A DNA stretch of 64,000 nt from NCBI RefSeq assembly GCF_009914755.1, contig NC_060928.1. The stretch is one strand, 5' to 3'. This DNA is from the human T2T-CHM13v2.0 reference genome, Homo sapiens. Under the pieces are notes generated by a model. That model had not been told where the DNA came from. It ran no database searches and was given only the letters and a program-made list of their open reading frames with translations. Both the position numbers and the translations under genes were made by a program. Each line of letters begins with the position of its first letter. Position 1 is the stretch's first letter. Below, in pieces: positions 42,011 to 57,600 of the stretch.

Positions 42011-45000
42011 CAATGTTTCAATGTATCTACTCAATAAATTCCCTTCCTCTAGAACCTCTTGATTTTCAAGCTTCAAAGCTTATAATAATTTCCACTTTTA
42101 TATGTAGCCGTTTCAGATGTCCTTACATCCAAAACCAGGCTAGTTGTAAATTTTCTATGTCATTCTTTATTTACCTCTTAAAGCCTACAATATAGCCAAA
42201 TTGATAATAACTTCCCTCATCTTCCTCTCTCCCCCACTTCTACGGTGAGGGTTAACCTTTATTAAGTTCTATAAACTTACGATATTTAGCATGGAGTCTG
42301 CTGATAGTGTGTTTAATCTTTCTTTTTCATGAAATTGAATGTTCAATCACTAACAAAGGAATTTCTCCAAGCAATTAAATCCTTCTTCATATACCAATAA
42401 AGAAAATGGTGTTTGTCCCTGTCTGAGAATGCCTACAACATTTTAATATTTCCCAAGTTAAGTCAAATTTCAAAAAGCAAGTGGCACTTGATGAGTAAGT
42501 GCATATTGTTTCCTTCTTCTTGGAGGAATCTCTCTTCATTAACTTCTCTCAGCCCTGAAAGTCAAAAGCTCATCCATACATCTAGATTTAAACGCCAGGG
42601 TAGGGGTCTGTTCAGTTTTAAATACAATTTAGAAAACCTTAAGAAAGAATGGCAGTTCCGTTTCAGAAACCTTCCATACACATTTCAATAGAACAGCTTT
42701 CCAAATTGGAGACTGAAAAAATATTATACCACCAACCAAGTAATAAAAAGTAACTCACTGACTGTGATGTAGAAAGATTCCCTTGATTTTCACAAACAGC
42801 ATGAAAGACTATATTGTAGTTATTTAAATCTGAGACTGACAAAAACATCAGAAGAAAAGAAAAGTAGTCAATTTATCTAAAAGATAATTATTTAGGAATA
42901 AATTACTACGCAAAAGAGCATGGATCTGCTTGACAGCTTGTGAATTTAAGGCAGATGAAATGCCTCCCTCCTCACCCCCAAGAATCAACTTTGCTGATGA
43001 AATATGTTAATCATTCCTAAGTTTGAGGAACATGTAAAACTCTGAAATCAAATGTGTATCTGGAACTAGGGGTTAAGGAAAAATAAAGGTACTCAGTCAG
43101 CTTAGGAAATGCTTTCTTCCCTGTGCCCAATCTGCAAAAACAAACAAACAAACAAACAAACAAACAAAAAAACAGGCAGAACCAGGTACAACAAAATCAT
43201 ACATGTAGATGGGAAATTATCTTCCAATCCTTTCATGCTCCACTCAAATGGTCAATTTATACTCTTGAGCATAGCCTCCTCTCTAAGACAAATGGAGTAG
43301 GTTTGGTTTGGTTTGTTTGTTTACAGATACTGGCCTTCAGTTAACAAGTAGACTTGTTGGCTGACTTGAAGGAGATAGTTATTATGTAACTATTGTCTCT
43401 GCTCAAATGGAAATTATCCTACAGGGGTTAACAGTTCATTAGAAAGAAGAACTGTTAACAGGTTGAGCTCATTACCAGTGAGCAAAAGGAGTTTTGTATT
43501 TTCCCAAAATGACCATAACAGAAAAACCTGCCAGTACATCTCTGGATTGTCCTTCATCTTCATGTCTTTCTTAAGGCCAGGTATTGCAGGCTACTTCTAT
43601 TGATGCTATTCCACTTTACTTTCGGAAGAACGAATGATCTATTCAGAGTTTAACAATGCCGGCGAAGTATTGTACTCGTCGATGCTTGCAGACCTGGAGC
43701 AGCGAGCAGGCTAAGCCAGACTTTCAGACTTTACACTAATCTGACACATCTAATTGTGAGCAATATTTTCCATGGGATTGAGATTCCTATCAATCTTCCC
43801 CAAGCAGACCGAAGTTACTTATAAGCTAGTGCAATAATTTCTGTGGTACCACATAAATGTTCTTTATTTTAAAAAATCAGATTCTAGTAACTCTTCTAAG
43901 TGAAATTTTCTGGCCTTGATACCAGCTGCAACTTAACCGCAGAAACTCCAAGATGCATGATGAGCAAATGTGCGTGAATTTGAAGTGTTTTTGAATTTGT
44001 ACTAAATTTACATAGATATTTACATAGAAATGACTGATAAAATGTTGTTCAGGGAGGGATGTACTTATTTTCTTCCGACATTATCACTGTAAATTAAGAT
44101 TTTGTAGGCAGTAATCTTTTAAATTGAGAATGAGCAAAATAAAATTAGAAATGAATGTTTTTGTTTTTTTCCCCCCAAGACCCCTCAGAGTCTGAATCAG
44201 TCTTTCCCAATTGTGTTCTTTTATGGTAGTTTGTTCTTCAATTTTCACACTTATTAAATCTATTTTATATTAAAATCACATGCTTATTTCTCCCAGTAGT
44301 ACTTCTACCACTTTGGGCAAGGACATCTTACTTGTTTTTATATTCCTTGCAGTACAGGGTAGGAACCTAATAAATATTGATTAAATTTAACAGTTTATTT
44401 TCAATCACTCAGGAAGGGTTAAAAGTCAAATGTAAATCGTTCTTGAAATTGTCCATTGATATACTCAAGGCTTATGAAGATACAAACCTATTTTTTATCT
44501 GAGTTTCTTAACCAGAAGTCAATAGGTAGGATTTTTATGCTTATAAATTCCTGAAATGTTATGCAAAATGTATGTATATGTTTAGATATGTGCATATTTC
44601 TTCAGCAAAAATCTATAGACTGTAATCAAATGAATCTCTCTCTATTCACCCTACCTTAAAATATTAGGACTCACTTCCCTAGGCAGCTTTACTCAACTCC
44701 TCAATTTATCAGAGCTGAAAAATCGTTGGGAAAAATACAGGCTAACATCTGCAATATAATGTCTCCGATTACAGCCTTTCACCCACACATGCCAATCTTA
44801 TTATTTCTGAGCTATGTCTGCAAAGAATACATTTTTGAGAGAGAGTACATTTTTAACCAGCATTCTATTCCCAGATTTTTATACTCTAAAGAGGCCATTG
44901 TATATTTCCAGTACTTTGTGATTTCATCGAACATGCTTTCAGGCTGCTGTACCCGCAAACATTTCCCTTCAGTAGAAACAAATACCGTCTCTCTCAAGCC

Positions 45001-45157
45001 TTCTCCACGCACTCCAAGTCAACATCCAAACACTCAACTCATCAAAGGAATTGCTGCATCTAAGTGTCAGGGGAAGATCCCTGAAAGTAAACTGAGGCTG
45101 AGTCACCTACTAGTGATTTCCAATCCGTACCACCAGAGGAATAAGAGACAAAAATAC

Positions 45158-45221
45158 CTGTGCTGTTACTGCTGCAAATACTGGGCAGAAGAAAAAGAAT
45201 GGTCACTTGAAGCAGTTCCAT
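45158..45221 (-). CDS. EMCN: Endomucin coding exon 1 (signal peptide, MELLQVTILFLLPSICSSNST + 1 nt)
   Basis: ATG at 45221 in strong Kozak context (GGCACCATGG); 64 nt ending at donor CAG|GTATTT; peptide matches the recalled human endomucin N-terminus. Confidence 0.97.
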
Positions 45222-45520
45222 GGTGCCCGTAGATGGTGTCAATATCTTCTTTCTCCAGAAGCAGGCAGGGACAATTCCCTCCCAGCCTGGCAGGGCCTTA
45301 TTAGCAAATGGAAAAGGTGTAGTGAATGTGAATAGCCACTGCCCATTCCTACTTATTTTGGGGGCTCTGATAAAGAACGGGAGGAAATACACACACTCCC
45401 TTTGGGAGTTCAGCAGAGAGGAGATTTATTGTTTCAGTCCCTTACAGGAACTCTTTTTTTTTCTCTCTCTTCCTTTGGCAGCCACTTGTGTTTTTGTTAC
45501 TACATTATTTTGTTCTTCTT
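45222..45520 (-). promoter_or_regulatory. EMCN: EMCN 5'UTR and proximal promoter (non-CpG-island)
   Basis: Directly upstream of the ATG. GATA (TGATAA 45368-45373), ETS (GAGGAAAT 45381-45388, ACAGGAA 45444-45450), SOX/FOX-like TTATTGTTT (~45426-45434), Inr-like TCACATT near 45325-45331. The exact TSS cannot be read from sequence. Confidence 0.7.
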
Positions 45521-46949
45521 CAACAGAAAGGTCGGGACTGGTTTTGAACAGAAACAGATCCTTCTTGAGAATGGATCATAGGGCCTTCTAACTTTTGTTT
45601 TGAAAGTGCATTCTGAAGTGGTTATAAAGGGGCCTCATTTAGCAGCTACTCAGTTGGGATAAAGAGGCTTTCACTGCCCGAGGGTTAAATTTTAGAGCAA
45701 AATCCATCAGGAGTCAACTTAACTTTTCTCTTTCCAACTTGAAAGCCAGATTAGAGAAGGCCACCTTTTGGATATAAGTGAAAAATTGTATTAAATAGAT
45801 TATGCTCTGCTCTTGAGTAAGCAAAAAGACTTTCAAAGGGTGTACAGAGAAGTTTTTCAGTCTTTTTTAATAGAATTAAGCAAAGACATGTGAATGTCTA
45901 TTGATCACTCCTGGTTTTTACTAAAGAACTTTGATGATGAATAAGGAACAATTACTTATAACACCTCATGAATGCTCTTCTTTAGGGGACAGGGTTGGAA
46001 TGGCAGTGGGTGAAATGCCATCACACATCAGTGAAGCTGGGAGAGGTTGACTCTTTAAGACTGGAATGCCAACCAGGCTGGATAATCTATATAGCAGGGG
46101 TCACGTTGATGTCAGTTGTGACTGATTAAAACGTGGTGATAACACTGCCATAGTCCTGGGTACAAGCCCCGTGTGTGCCAATGACATTATATTTTTCTTC
46201 AGCCACAGGCTTCATGTCTCATTTTAGCTGATCATCCTTTTACGTACCTTTACTCATGAGGCTTTACTGGACAACATTGTCAATGAATCGGTGTAGATTC
46301 ATTTTCCCCACAAAAAAAACAAACAAACAAAAAAACAAAAACTGTTCAAAAATTATACCTTTACCTGTTTGCAAGAAGGGCACACAGTTTCACTGCTGCA
46401 CCATGCTGGAAAATACTTCATACAAAACGAGTTAGACTGAGTCAACTGCTCAAAACACTTAAAAACGTTAGCTTGTTTTATCCAACGTTATACCAGGGGT
46501 CAGAAGAGCTAAGTTTCTATTTTGTGCATAAGATTGCATTTTACCCTCTTCTAATTGATTTTCTAAAACAGACTGCCTTTGGCGTTGTTACTTTATTTGG
46601 CATATCCTGGAGAATATAAAGATAGGAACATATGTGAATAGATGTCACATGCACTTTCCATAAATAAATTGGGGTGTGGCCATGTGAAATCACAGTCGAA
46701 CCCTCACATTGCCTCACTTCCTGCTCCTTCTGTACTCAAGTTGTCAGTACTCAGAGTCACCACTGATGCTGGTCACAATAATTTCTTCAGGGATTCCATG
46801 GCATTTGGACTCCTCAGCACTAAGTGCTATGCATTTCCATTTAGTACACTAGATACCTATTCTAAGAATGCTTGACAGTAGAATATTAAGGCTACTTAAA
46901 AGACAAAGGGCCTGTTGATGAAAAACAAAAACTAAGAAACATCTTAAAA

Positions 46950-48370
46950 TGCTAGCCAAAAAAAATTTAGAATATAAGAACAGAAAAGAAAAAAAAAAAA
47001 GGAGTAATAATGAGGGGAGGGGTCAGCCTTGCTTTACTAAATCAGAAGATATTTTTAAGGTAAAATATTTAATTAAAACAGCAATGATTGCCAGAGGAGA
47101 CAAACAGATCAGTGGCATAGAATAGAAAGTACAGACACAGAAATATTTATATTTGTTTCTATCTACATAAATATACACGCAGATATATTTACAGATATGT
47201 GTTTGCATATGCATGCTTGTGTGTATATGCATGTATATATATAGAGAGAGATTAAATATAGGTGAGTTTAACATGTAGTGACTGTGATGAATAGGGTATA
47301 TATTTACTGTGGGATTTTTTTGACAATGTGTTAACCATCTAAGAAAATTTTAAAATTAAGTGTCTGTTTTACTTAAAATACCAAATCTTACATGTTAATC
47401 TTATATGTTAAAGGTTTAAGTTTAAAATACAAAGCACAAAATTCTAGGAGAGAATATGGGCTACTATATATAATTGAGGTAAAGGGGACATTTTATGCAT
47501 GACACTAAAGGCAAAGCACATAAAAGAAAGACTTCATACATTTGCTTACACAAAAATTAAAAGATTTTTGGCATAACATACCATGAATTTAAAAGGCAAA
47601 TAAAAAATTTTGTAACAGTACATGATAAGTTATCTTAAAAAATAACTTCTGATCTAAAAAGCAATGACTCTACAACTGAAAAACGGCAAAAAAATGTCTC
47701 GCAAGAAATGGAGGGCCAGTAAAATCCAAAACTGTATTCATCACACCAGAGACCAAAGAAACGAATATCCCAACATCGCAACAACGTGTTTTGCCTTTTA
47801 TATATAATTAGGTATAGTTTATGACAGTACTCATTTTTGATAAATGTTCAAATAAAGTAACTATCTTATTCTTGGGGTATGACCTTTCTGAGATGTGACT
47901 AGGCAATATACATCAAAACTGTTAAAGAACCACACTCTGAGCTTGCAAAATTATATGTTTAGGAACTTATTCTAAAAATGAAGATATTCATTGAAGTCCA
48001 TGTAATTACAAAAATTTGTCAAAACATTAATTATTGAGGAAGAATATTGTTCTGCCACAAAATACTAATTAGATAACTTTTCATAGATGTGGAAATATAT
48101 TCATGACACTTTGTTGCATGTATATATGCATATATATACATATGCTTATCATTTATATATGTGAATGTACATGTATATATGTATATACATGTAAATGTGT
48201 ATATATGTATATACATGTATATGTGTGTATATGTAAATACACATATACATACATACACATACAGAGCAAGAGAGAGTAAGATACAAAATGTTAATATTGC
48301 TTATCTTCTGAAATGAATTATGGGTAGTTTCTGTCACATTTTTAAATTTTCCATGAAAAGATCTTCCAGA
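46950..48370 (+). mobile_element. Old L1 (L1ME-like) 3' remnants with (TA/TG)n low-complexity patches
   Basis: 'gacaaacagatcagtggcatagaatagaaagtacaga' and other degenerate ORF2/3'UTR motifs. Confidence 0.6.
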
Positions 48371-48964
48371 TTAAACACATATTGTTTTTACCTCTTAACA
48401 ACAAAAACATTTCTCTTGACCTGATACATTTTGTTTAATTTAATGTTTTGAGTGTATATTTATACATATATTTATTAAACATTTTGTATTCTAACCTGCT
48501 GGAATGTTTTCATTATTAGGAAGTGTATAATTTAAAAGCACTTTAATAGAAGAAAATATGTGAAGAGAACTGAACCACTCTAACCTGAGAGATGAAAACA
48601 TGTCTTTGCTCTTTAATTTGTTGTTGTTGTTGTTTGTTTCTTTTTCACAATTCATCTTCCGAATTGCTTGCTGAAAGAAAAAGTAGCTGCTAGGAGGTCA
48701 TGCAAGAGCAATCTCATAATTCTTTCCAAATGCATATCAAGGCCTGTCATTGACATCTTTGACACTGAAGAAATTGTATAATGAAGACTCCAACACTCAT
48801 GATTTATGTTAGCTTATGTGGCACTGAAAAGATTTATTCAGATAGCACCATTACTAGGGCCCCAAATTAAACTCCCTTTCCATACTTGCCTTCTTCCTCT
48901 TAGCCAGCTCATTACCCTGAATAAAATTATCTAAAATGAGAGGAAAGCCAAGAAGTAATTTCAT

Positions 48965-49150
48965 GAACTGGCAAAGAGCATGATCTTGAGTTCAAATCCT
49001 GTCTCTGCCTTAGTTTTATGTGACTTACTGAGTTATTTGGCCCCTCTATGCTGAGCTATTTGGCCTCTCCATGCTTAGCTTCCCCACAGAAAAATAGGAT
49101 AAACATCATGCCAACTTTCTAATGTGGTTTAGAGGACTAAGTGAGATTCC
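48965..49150 (+). mobile_element. MIR
   Basis: 'gagttcaaatcctgtctctgcc...tgtgactt'. Confidence 0.65.
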
Positions 49151-51304
49151 AGAAAGTCTTCTAAAAGTACATATTAAAACAAAACAAAACAAAAAACAGA
49201 AAAAAACCTACTAACCTTAAACTTCTAGAATCTTTCAGTTGTTAGGATTTTATATAAACCATCATATTCTAGAGTGATTAAGAAATGTCCTAAGAAATAT
49301 TCAGATGATGAGAGTCCCAAAATATTGGTTTAAACTGATTATACAGAATCCCAACTCTTATTATCAGGAATTTGTTCTATGCTCTACTTCAAGGTACTTT
49401 AAATATCAAGTGCTTTCTTCAATGGAGATGCAATCAAACAGCTTATTTTTGTTACTTGCCTATTTGAAATGGGAATTGGGTGATCTCCTAAAGATTAGTG
49501 GGAACAGAGCTGAAACCAAAGAGATATTTAGAGCCCATGATTGTGGAGATATTAAGTCTCCCTTCCTCAGGGCCAAAATGGATAATGAACATCAACAGTG
49601 GGAGGGCCCAGCCATTTGGCCAAACTTATGCCAGTAAAATCACTATCTTTCTCACCTACCACATTCCTATTAATCAACTCCCAGTGACCCAGGTCCAATG
49701 GTATTTTGTTATTGCTTATGTGAAAAGAAAGCATCATAGCAAATTGATTCTTGAAGTTTCTCAAGAGCTTATCTCTCACATTCTCCAACTGTCCATCCCA
49801 GTTTTACTCCTCAGCATGTAAAGATGATTCTCATACCTCACATCAACTCCCTAACCTTGAATAAGTCTCTTGATATATAAGGACATGAATACAGGGAAAT
49901 TATAAAACCACAGTGGCTCAGAGATGAGACATACGAAAAGTTAATTTAGTACAAATTTGTCCTAACACAGGAACACCCCTGCAAATGCTGAGTGAGCCTC
50001 CATGCTAACAGATGAAATGATTGAGGCTCATTACTCTGTCAGGCAGTCCATTGTCCTACTGGACAACTCTCTTTTTTAAAAAGTCCAAGTACCATTCTTT
50101 CATACTCATCTGCCTTAAGAAGCTCTGGAAATCACTGTCATAAATGAATTCTTCCTATACAAACTGAGCTGCAGAGGATAATTTTCATTAATTATGTAAA
50201 TCATAATAGGAAAAATAAGATTTTTCCAAGAAGTTTATAATTCCTAGTATATATTAATACATCAATAATCAATCTTAATTGTATGTAATGAAGAATTGAG
50301 ATGATTATTTCTTTGGAATTCTGGAATGTATAAATAAATTCTGAATAACAAGGCAACTGTAAAGTTCTTCAACAGTTTGTTCAACTTTCCATATAGCTTA
50401 CCTATTGCCAGCCATGAACTTCATGTCCAAGAGTTCTGCTCGATGTCCCATTTTTGGTATTCTAGGAATAGCAACTTACAGAAATATTCTTCTCTTGTAT
50501 GGCACCTATTAAAAAATTATTGGGTGTCTGGCATATGCCAGGAATTTTTACATGCATGTTCATACAAAAATGTGACATTTAAGTGTGTGACACCTAAATG
50601 CAATTCATGTTCTACCATATGCATCCTCTGTCTAGCTTGATTAATTTATCTATGATTATATTTTAAATAATCCTTTTGTCCACCCATTCAGTTCTTGTTT
50701 TCAGTTTGCCAAGTCCCCTTTTGCATTGTCTGGCTCTGTGTAATAATCAAAGGAAACTTTCACAGGACCAGATCTGAATCAACTTAAAAGTACGATATAT
50801 TTCTTTTTCACTTCCTAACTTCCAGAGCAATGAAAGATGAAGTTAATTGTTTAAAAAATGTATTTTTTTTTCTTTTTTGCAAACGAAAAGAGTATTCTGG
50901 TATTTTCAAGTGTTCTGGTATTCATAGAAACATGTAAATTTTAAGTTATAATAGAAATGGAGTGTCTGCACTGGTTTATTCCTCATAACAAACCCTTCCT
51001 ACACATAACTCAGTGAAGGAGTTACCTTACTAATGGCTCCTGGACTAATCCTCAGGGATTCAAGAAACTGCTTCTTGCTCTTTGCCTATATTTCATTCCC
51101 AATCCTCTTTAGTTACTCTCTTCTAGGATTCTTTTAGCCCAGCCTATACCCTTCAGAATGGCCTCTACCTATTGGTAGTTTAGTTTGATGTTGTCTTTGG
51201 GTACTGTATCTCACATCAACGTTCTGCTCTCCTGTGGAGACATTTCACAAATGATAATGTTCTACACCTTTTCCCCAATACTCTTGTCAAAACTGACTTA
51301 CATC

Positions 51305-52494
<1,190 letters not shown>

Positions 52495-53364
52495 AAAAAT
52501 CTTAATTGATGAAATTAAGACTGAATTGGTCACACTTTTCCGACATTATCAGCCTTCCACACTAGATAGTAAATTTTTCAATGACAGAAGTTTGTCTCAG
52601 TCATTTATCCCCCTAGTTTTAGCCTGACACAAAATAATTAACTTTTTAAATAAAATAGATTAACTTCTCAGCTCTGACCTCAACCTTATGGAAGATCTTA
52701 CTGGGTTCTGTTTTCTACTAACTTTCCCCCAATCACCTGCTCCATTTAGCAATAAAATGTAATTGCAGCCTCACTGACCCAGTTGAAAGCTCATGGATCA
52801 CTTTTTGGCTTTTAACTTCTGTTTCACATCCAGGCTTTTGTTTTCAATCCCCCCTCAGGTTCAGATCTTGCCATCTCTGTCTTGATTCTTGGGCTGGCCT
52901 GAAATCTCAGGAACTTAGAAACAGGGTGTTAATAATTAAAAACATGGCCATTATCAAATTCCCTGCCTTGCTAGAATGCAAACAATTTTAGTAAAATGCA
53001 AATTGATTTTCCATCCAACTTCTCGAAATAAATTATTTTCATTTCATCACCAAATAAAGCTATTTACAAATGTTTTCAACTTTATTAAACTAGCACTGGC
53101 TTAGTAATTTCCCATCCCTTATATATAACTAAACATAAAAACATCTTGGATGAACAACAAAGCTGGGACCCAACCCAACCCATTCTTTCAAATCCAGCCT
53201 TTGGTCAGAGGAAATGACATAGTAATGGCTTTCACAAGCAGATGAGTGCTGCATCTGAGCACATTTCCAATCATAGAATCCAAATTTCCTGTCCCATTAG
53301 GTTTTGAATTCTGATATCCTGTCCTAACACTATAACACTGGCAGTTTTGCCCATGTTTAACCTC

Positions 53365-53530
53365 AAATCTTAGTATCAGAATTACCCCATGGAGCTTTTC
53401 AAAAACATGTATGTTTAAGCTTCACCCATGAAATTTCTATTTAGAAAGTACAGAGTAGAGGCCAGGCACGTATATGAGAAAAAAAATCCACCAGTGATTC
53501 TGATGGTCACCCTTAGTTAATAATTACTGA
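53365..53530. mobile_element. MER5-like hAT element
   Basis: 'atcagaattacc..ggagctttt' and 'gtgattctgatg...aattactg'. Confidence 0.55.
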
Positions 53531-54679
53531 CTTAGACCATTATAAAATGTGTATATATATATATATATACGCACACAAAAATATATATATTATGTATATA
53601 TACTTTTTTACATAATAAATATATATGTATATATATGTATTTTTAAGTGTGCTTCTGACTATTTAAAAGGTAGCAGCAGCATTTCTTGGTCTTCACTGCT
53701 GACATCCATGCAGAAGGCATTCACTTTAGGATTCTTTAAGTGTTCCTAATTGACTCCTATCAAGCCTTCTTAACATCAGCATATTCAGATTTTTAAAAGC
53801 AGTGACAATATTTCAGAAATTCACTTTTACATAATTTTTACCAGTTTATATGAAATTATAAATGTTATTTATATGGCCAACTCATAACTAATTAAACCTG
53901 GCTTGATCTTTTCAAATGGAAATGAGTCCAGGCTATGGGAGAGAAAATTATTTCTTATGATTTGAGCCCTAAATTCCAAACATTCCAAATTGCCTGTAAT
54001 TATCATTCATAAATTCCCTTTTGAATCTTATTATATTTGCATCCTGATTTATAGAACAAGAATAAAATACCTCTAACTCTTGAAGGAAAATGGTTGTATT
54101 CTCAGTGTTTTTCTAAAAACTTTTAGGAAAAGCTTTTTCTTTCTATTTGAGATATTTTTGTGAATGTTCAAGTTTGAGACACAGTGATCAAGGTGTGATT
54201 CCATTATAAAGGCATTCTGTCCAATAAGTTTAATTCTAATACCATGTTTTATTTCATGCTGTCAAAAAAATTCCTAATTATAAGTTTGCTACCCAAGTAG
54301 AATTCTCCTCTTGAAAAAATAGCCTGCTGATCCATCACCTTAGCAGTAATTATGCTGTTTAAATTAATAAGTTAAAATTTGTGTTTCTATACAACCAGTC
54401 TCTTCTGAATATAACTAGTTTTGTTTAATACTCCACAGCTGATAAATCTGAGTTTCTGATCTTATTAAATTGAAAGCTAGAGTCTGATCCATTGTGACCC
54501 AACCAAGTCATCTCTCTATGGAATCCGTCTTTATATGTCACCGGATGGCATCTCTATTTTTGTTGTAGTTGCTGTTGTTCTTGTTGATTCTGTCACAAAA
54601 AGAAATTTCTAAATTTCATTATCTACAGTATTGTATAGAACACATTGCTCTCTTTTCTTCATTTTTTCCCAAAATAAGT

Positions 54680-57600
54680 ATTTTATATATTTATTTTTTA
54701 TTATTATACTTTAAGATCTAGGGTACATATGCACAACATGCAGTTTTGTTACTTAGGTATACATGTGCCATGTTGGTTTGCTGCACCCATTAACTCGTCA
54801 TTTACATTAGATATTTCTCCTAATGCTATCCCTCCACCCTCCCCCCACCCCACGACAGAACCCAGGGTGTGATGTTCTCTGCCCAGTGTCTAAGCGTTCT
54901 CATTGTTCAGTTCCCACCTATGAGTGAGAACATGTGGTGTTTGGTTTTCTGTCCTTGTGATAGTTTGCTCAGAATGATGGTTTCCAGCTGCATCCATGTC
55001 CCTGCAAAGGACATGAACTCATCCTTTTCTATGGCTGCATAGAATTCCATCGTGTATACGTGCCACATTTTCTTAATCCAGTCTTTCATTGATGGACATT
55101 TGGGTTGGTTCCAAGTTTTTGCTATTGTGAATAGTGCTGCAATAAACATACATGTGCATGTGTCTTTATAGTAGCATGATTTATAATCCTTTGGGTATAT
55201 ACCCAGTAATGGGATCACTGGTTCAAATGGTATTTCAAGTTCTAGATCCTTGAGGAATCTCCACACTGTCTTCCACAATGGTTGAACTAGTTTACACTCC
55301 CACAAACAGTGTAAAAGCCTTCCTATTTCTCCACATCCTCTCCAGCATCCATTGTTTCCTGACCTTTTAAGGATCGCCATTCTAACTGGTGTGAGATGGT
55401 ATCTCATTGTGGATTTCATTTGCATTTCTCTGATGACCAGTGATGATGAGCATTTTTTCATGTGTCTGTTGGCTGCATAAATAAATAAACCATCACCTGG
55501 ATTCACTGATTTTTTGAAGGGTTTTTTGTGTCTCTATCATGTTCAGTTCTGCTCTGTTCTTAGTTATTTCTTGCCTTCTGCTAGCTTTTGAATTTGTTTG
55601 CCCTTGCTTCTCTAGTTCTTTTAATTGTGATGTTAGGGTGTTGATTTTAGATCTTTCCTGCTTTCTCCTGTGGGCATTTGTGCTATAAATTTCCCTTTAC
55701 ACACTGTTTTAAATGTGTCCCAGAGATTCTGGTATGCTGTGTCTTTGTTCTCACTGGTTTCAAAGAACATCTTTATTTCTGTCTTTATTTTGTTATTTAC
55801 CTCGTAGTCATTCAGGAGCAGGTTGTTCAGTTTCCATGTAGTTGAGCGGTTTTGAGTGAGTTTCTTAATCCTGAGTTCTAATTTGATTGCACTGTGCTGT
55901 GAGAGACAGTTTGTTGTGATTTTTGTTCTTTTACATTTGCTGAAGAGTGCTTTACTTCCAACTATGTGGTCAATTTTGGAATAAGTGCAATATGGTGCTG
56001 AGAAGAATGTATATTCTGTTGATTTGGGGTGGAGAGTTCTGTAGATGTCTATTAGGTCAGCTTGGTGCAGAGCTGAGTTCCAGTCCTGGATATCCTTGTT
56101 AACATCCTGTCTCATTGATCTGTCTAATATTGAGAGTGGGGTGTTAAAGTGTCACATTATTATTGTGTGGGAGTCTAAGTCTCTAAGGACTTGCTTTATG
56201 AATTTGGGTGCTCCTGTATTGGGTGCATATATATATTTAGGATAGTTATATCTTCTTGTTGAATTGATCCCTTTACCATTATGTAGTGGCCTTCTTTGTC
56301 TCTTTTGATCTTTGTTGGTTTAAAGTCAGTTTTATCAGAAACTAAGATTGCAACTCCTGCTTTTTTTTCTTTTTTTTTTTTTTGCTTTCCATTTCCTTGG
56401 TAGATCTTCCTCCATCCCTTTATTTTGAGCCTATGTGTGTCTCTGCACATGAGATGGGTCTCCTGAATACAGCACACTGATGGGTCTTGACTCTTTATCC
56501 AATTTGCCAGTCTGTGTCTTTTATTTGGGTAATTTAGCCCATTTACATTTAAGGTTAATATTGTTATGTGTGAATTTGATCCTGTCATTATGATGTTAGC
56601 TGGTTATTTTGCTCATTAGTTGATGCAGTTTCTTCCTAGCATTGATGGTCTTTACAATTTGGCATGTTTTTTCAGCGGCTGGTACTAGTTGTTCCTTTCC
56701 ATGTTTAGTGCTTCCTTCAGGAGCTCTTGTAAGGCAGGCCTGATGTTAACAAAATCTCTCATCATTTGCTTGTCTGTAAAGGATTTTATTTCTCCTTCAC
56801 TTATGAAGCTCAGTTTGGCTGGATATAAAATTCTGGGTTGAAAATTCTTTTCTTTAAGAATGTTGAATATTGGCCCCCACTCTCTTCTGGCTTGCAGAGT
56901 TTCTGCTGAGAGATCTGCTGTTAGTCTGCTGGGCTTCCCTTTGTGGGTAACCCAACCTTTCTCTCTGGCTGCCCTTAACAATTTTTTTCCTTCATTTCAA
57001 CCTTGGTGAATCTGACAATTATTTGTCTTGGGGTTGCTCTTCTCAAGGAGTATTTTTGTGGTGCTCTCTCTATTTCCTGAATTTGAATGTTGGCCTGCTT
57101 TGCTAGGTTGGGGAAATTCTCCGGGATAATATCCTGCAGAGTGTTTTCCAACTTGGTTCCATTCTCCCCGTCACCTTCAGGTACACCAATCAAATGTAGA
57201 TTTGGTCTTTTCACATTGTCCCATCTTTCTTGGGGGCTTTGTTCATTTCTTTTTACTCTTTTTTCTCTAAACTTCTCATTTTATTTTATTAATTTGATCT
57301 TCAATCACTGATACTCTTTCTTCCAATTGATCAAATCAGCTATTGAAGCTTGTGCATGTGTCACGTAGTTCTCGTGCCATGGTTTTCAGCTCCATCAGAT
57401 CACTTAAGGTCTTCTCTACATGTTTATTCTAGTTAGCCATTCGTCTAATCTTTTTTCAAGGTTTTTAGCTTCCTTGCAATGGGTTCCAACATCCTCCTTT
57501 AGCTCAGAGACGTTTGTTATTACCGACCTTCTGAAGCCTACTTCTGTCAGATCATCAAAGTCATTCTCCATCCAGCTTTATTCTGTTGCTGGTGAGTAGC

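Noticed and set aside
45222-45392. Open frame upstream of and in frame with the EMCN ATG (N-terminal extension)
   Set aside because: It has only near-cognate starts; the ATG at 45221 has a strong Kozak context and directly begins the signal peptide.
44726-45591. 168-aa and 123-aa + strand ORFs overlapping EMCN exon 1 in antisense
   Set aside because: No recognisable domain or splice structure; the longer ORF starts at TTG; consistent with chance open frames.
54907-57214. L1 ORF1/ORF2 peptides as functional genes
   Set aside because: Frameshifted and missing the RT region; inactive retrotransposon.
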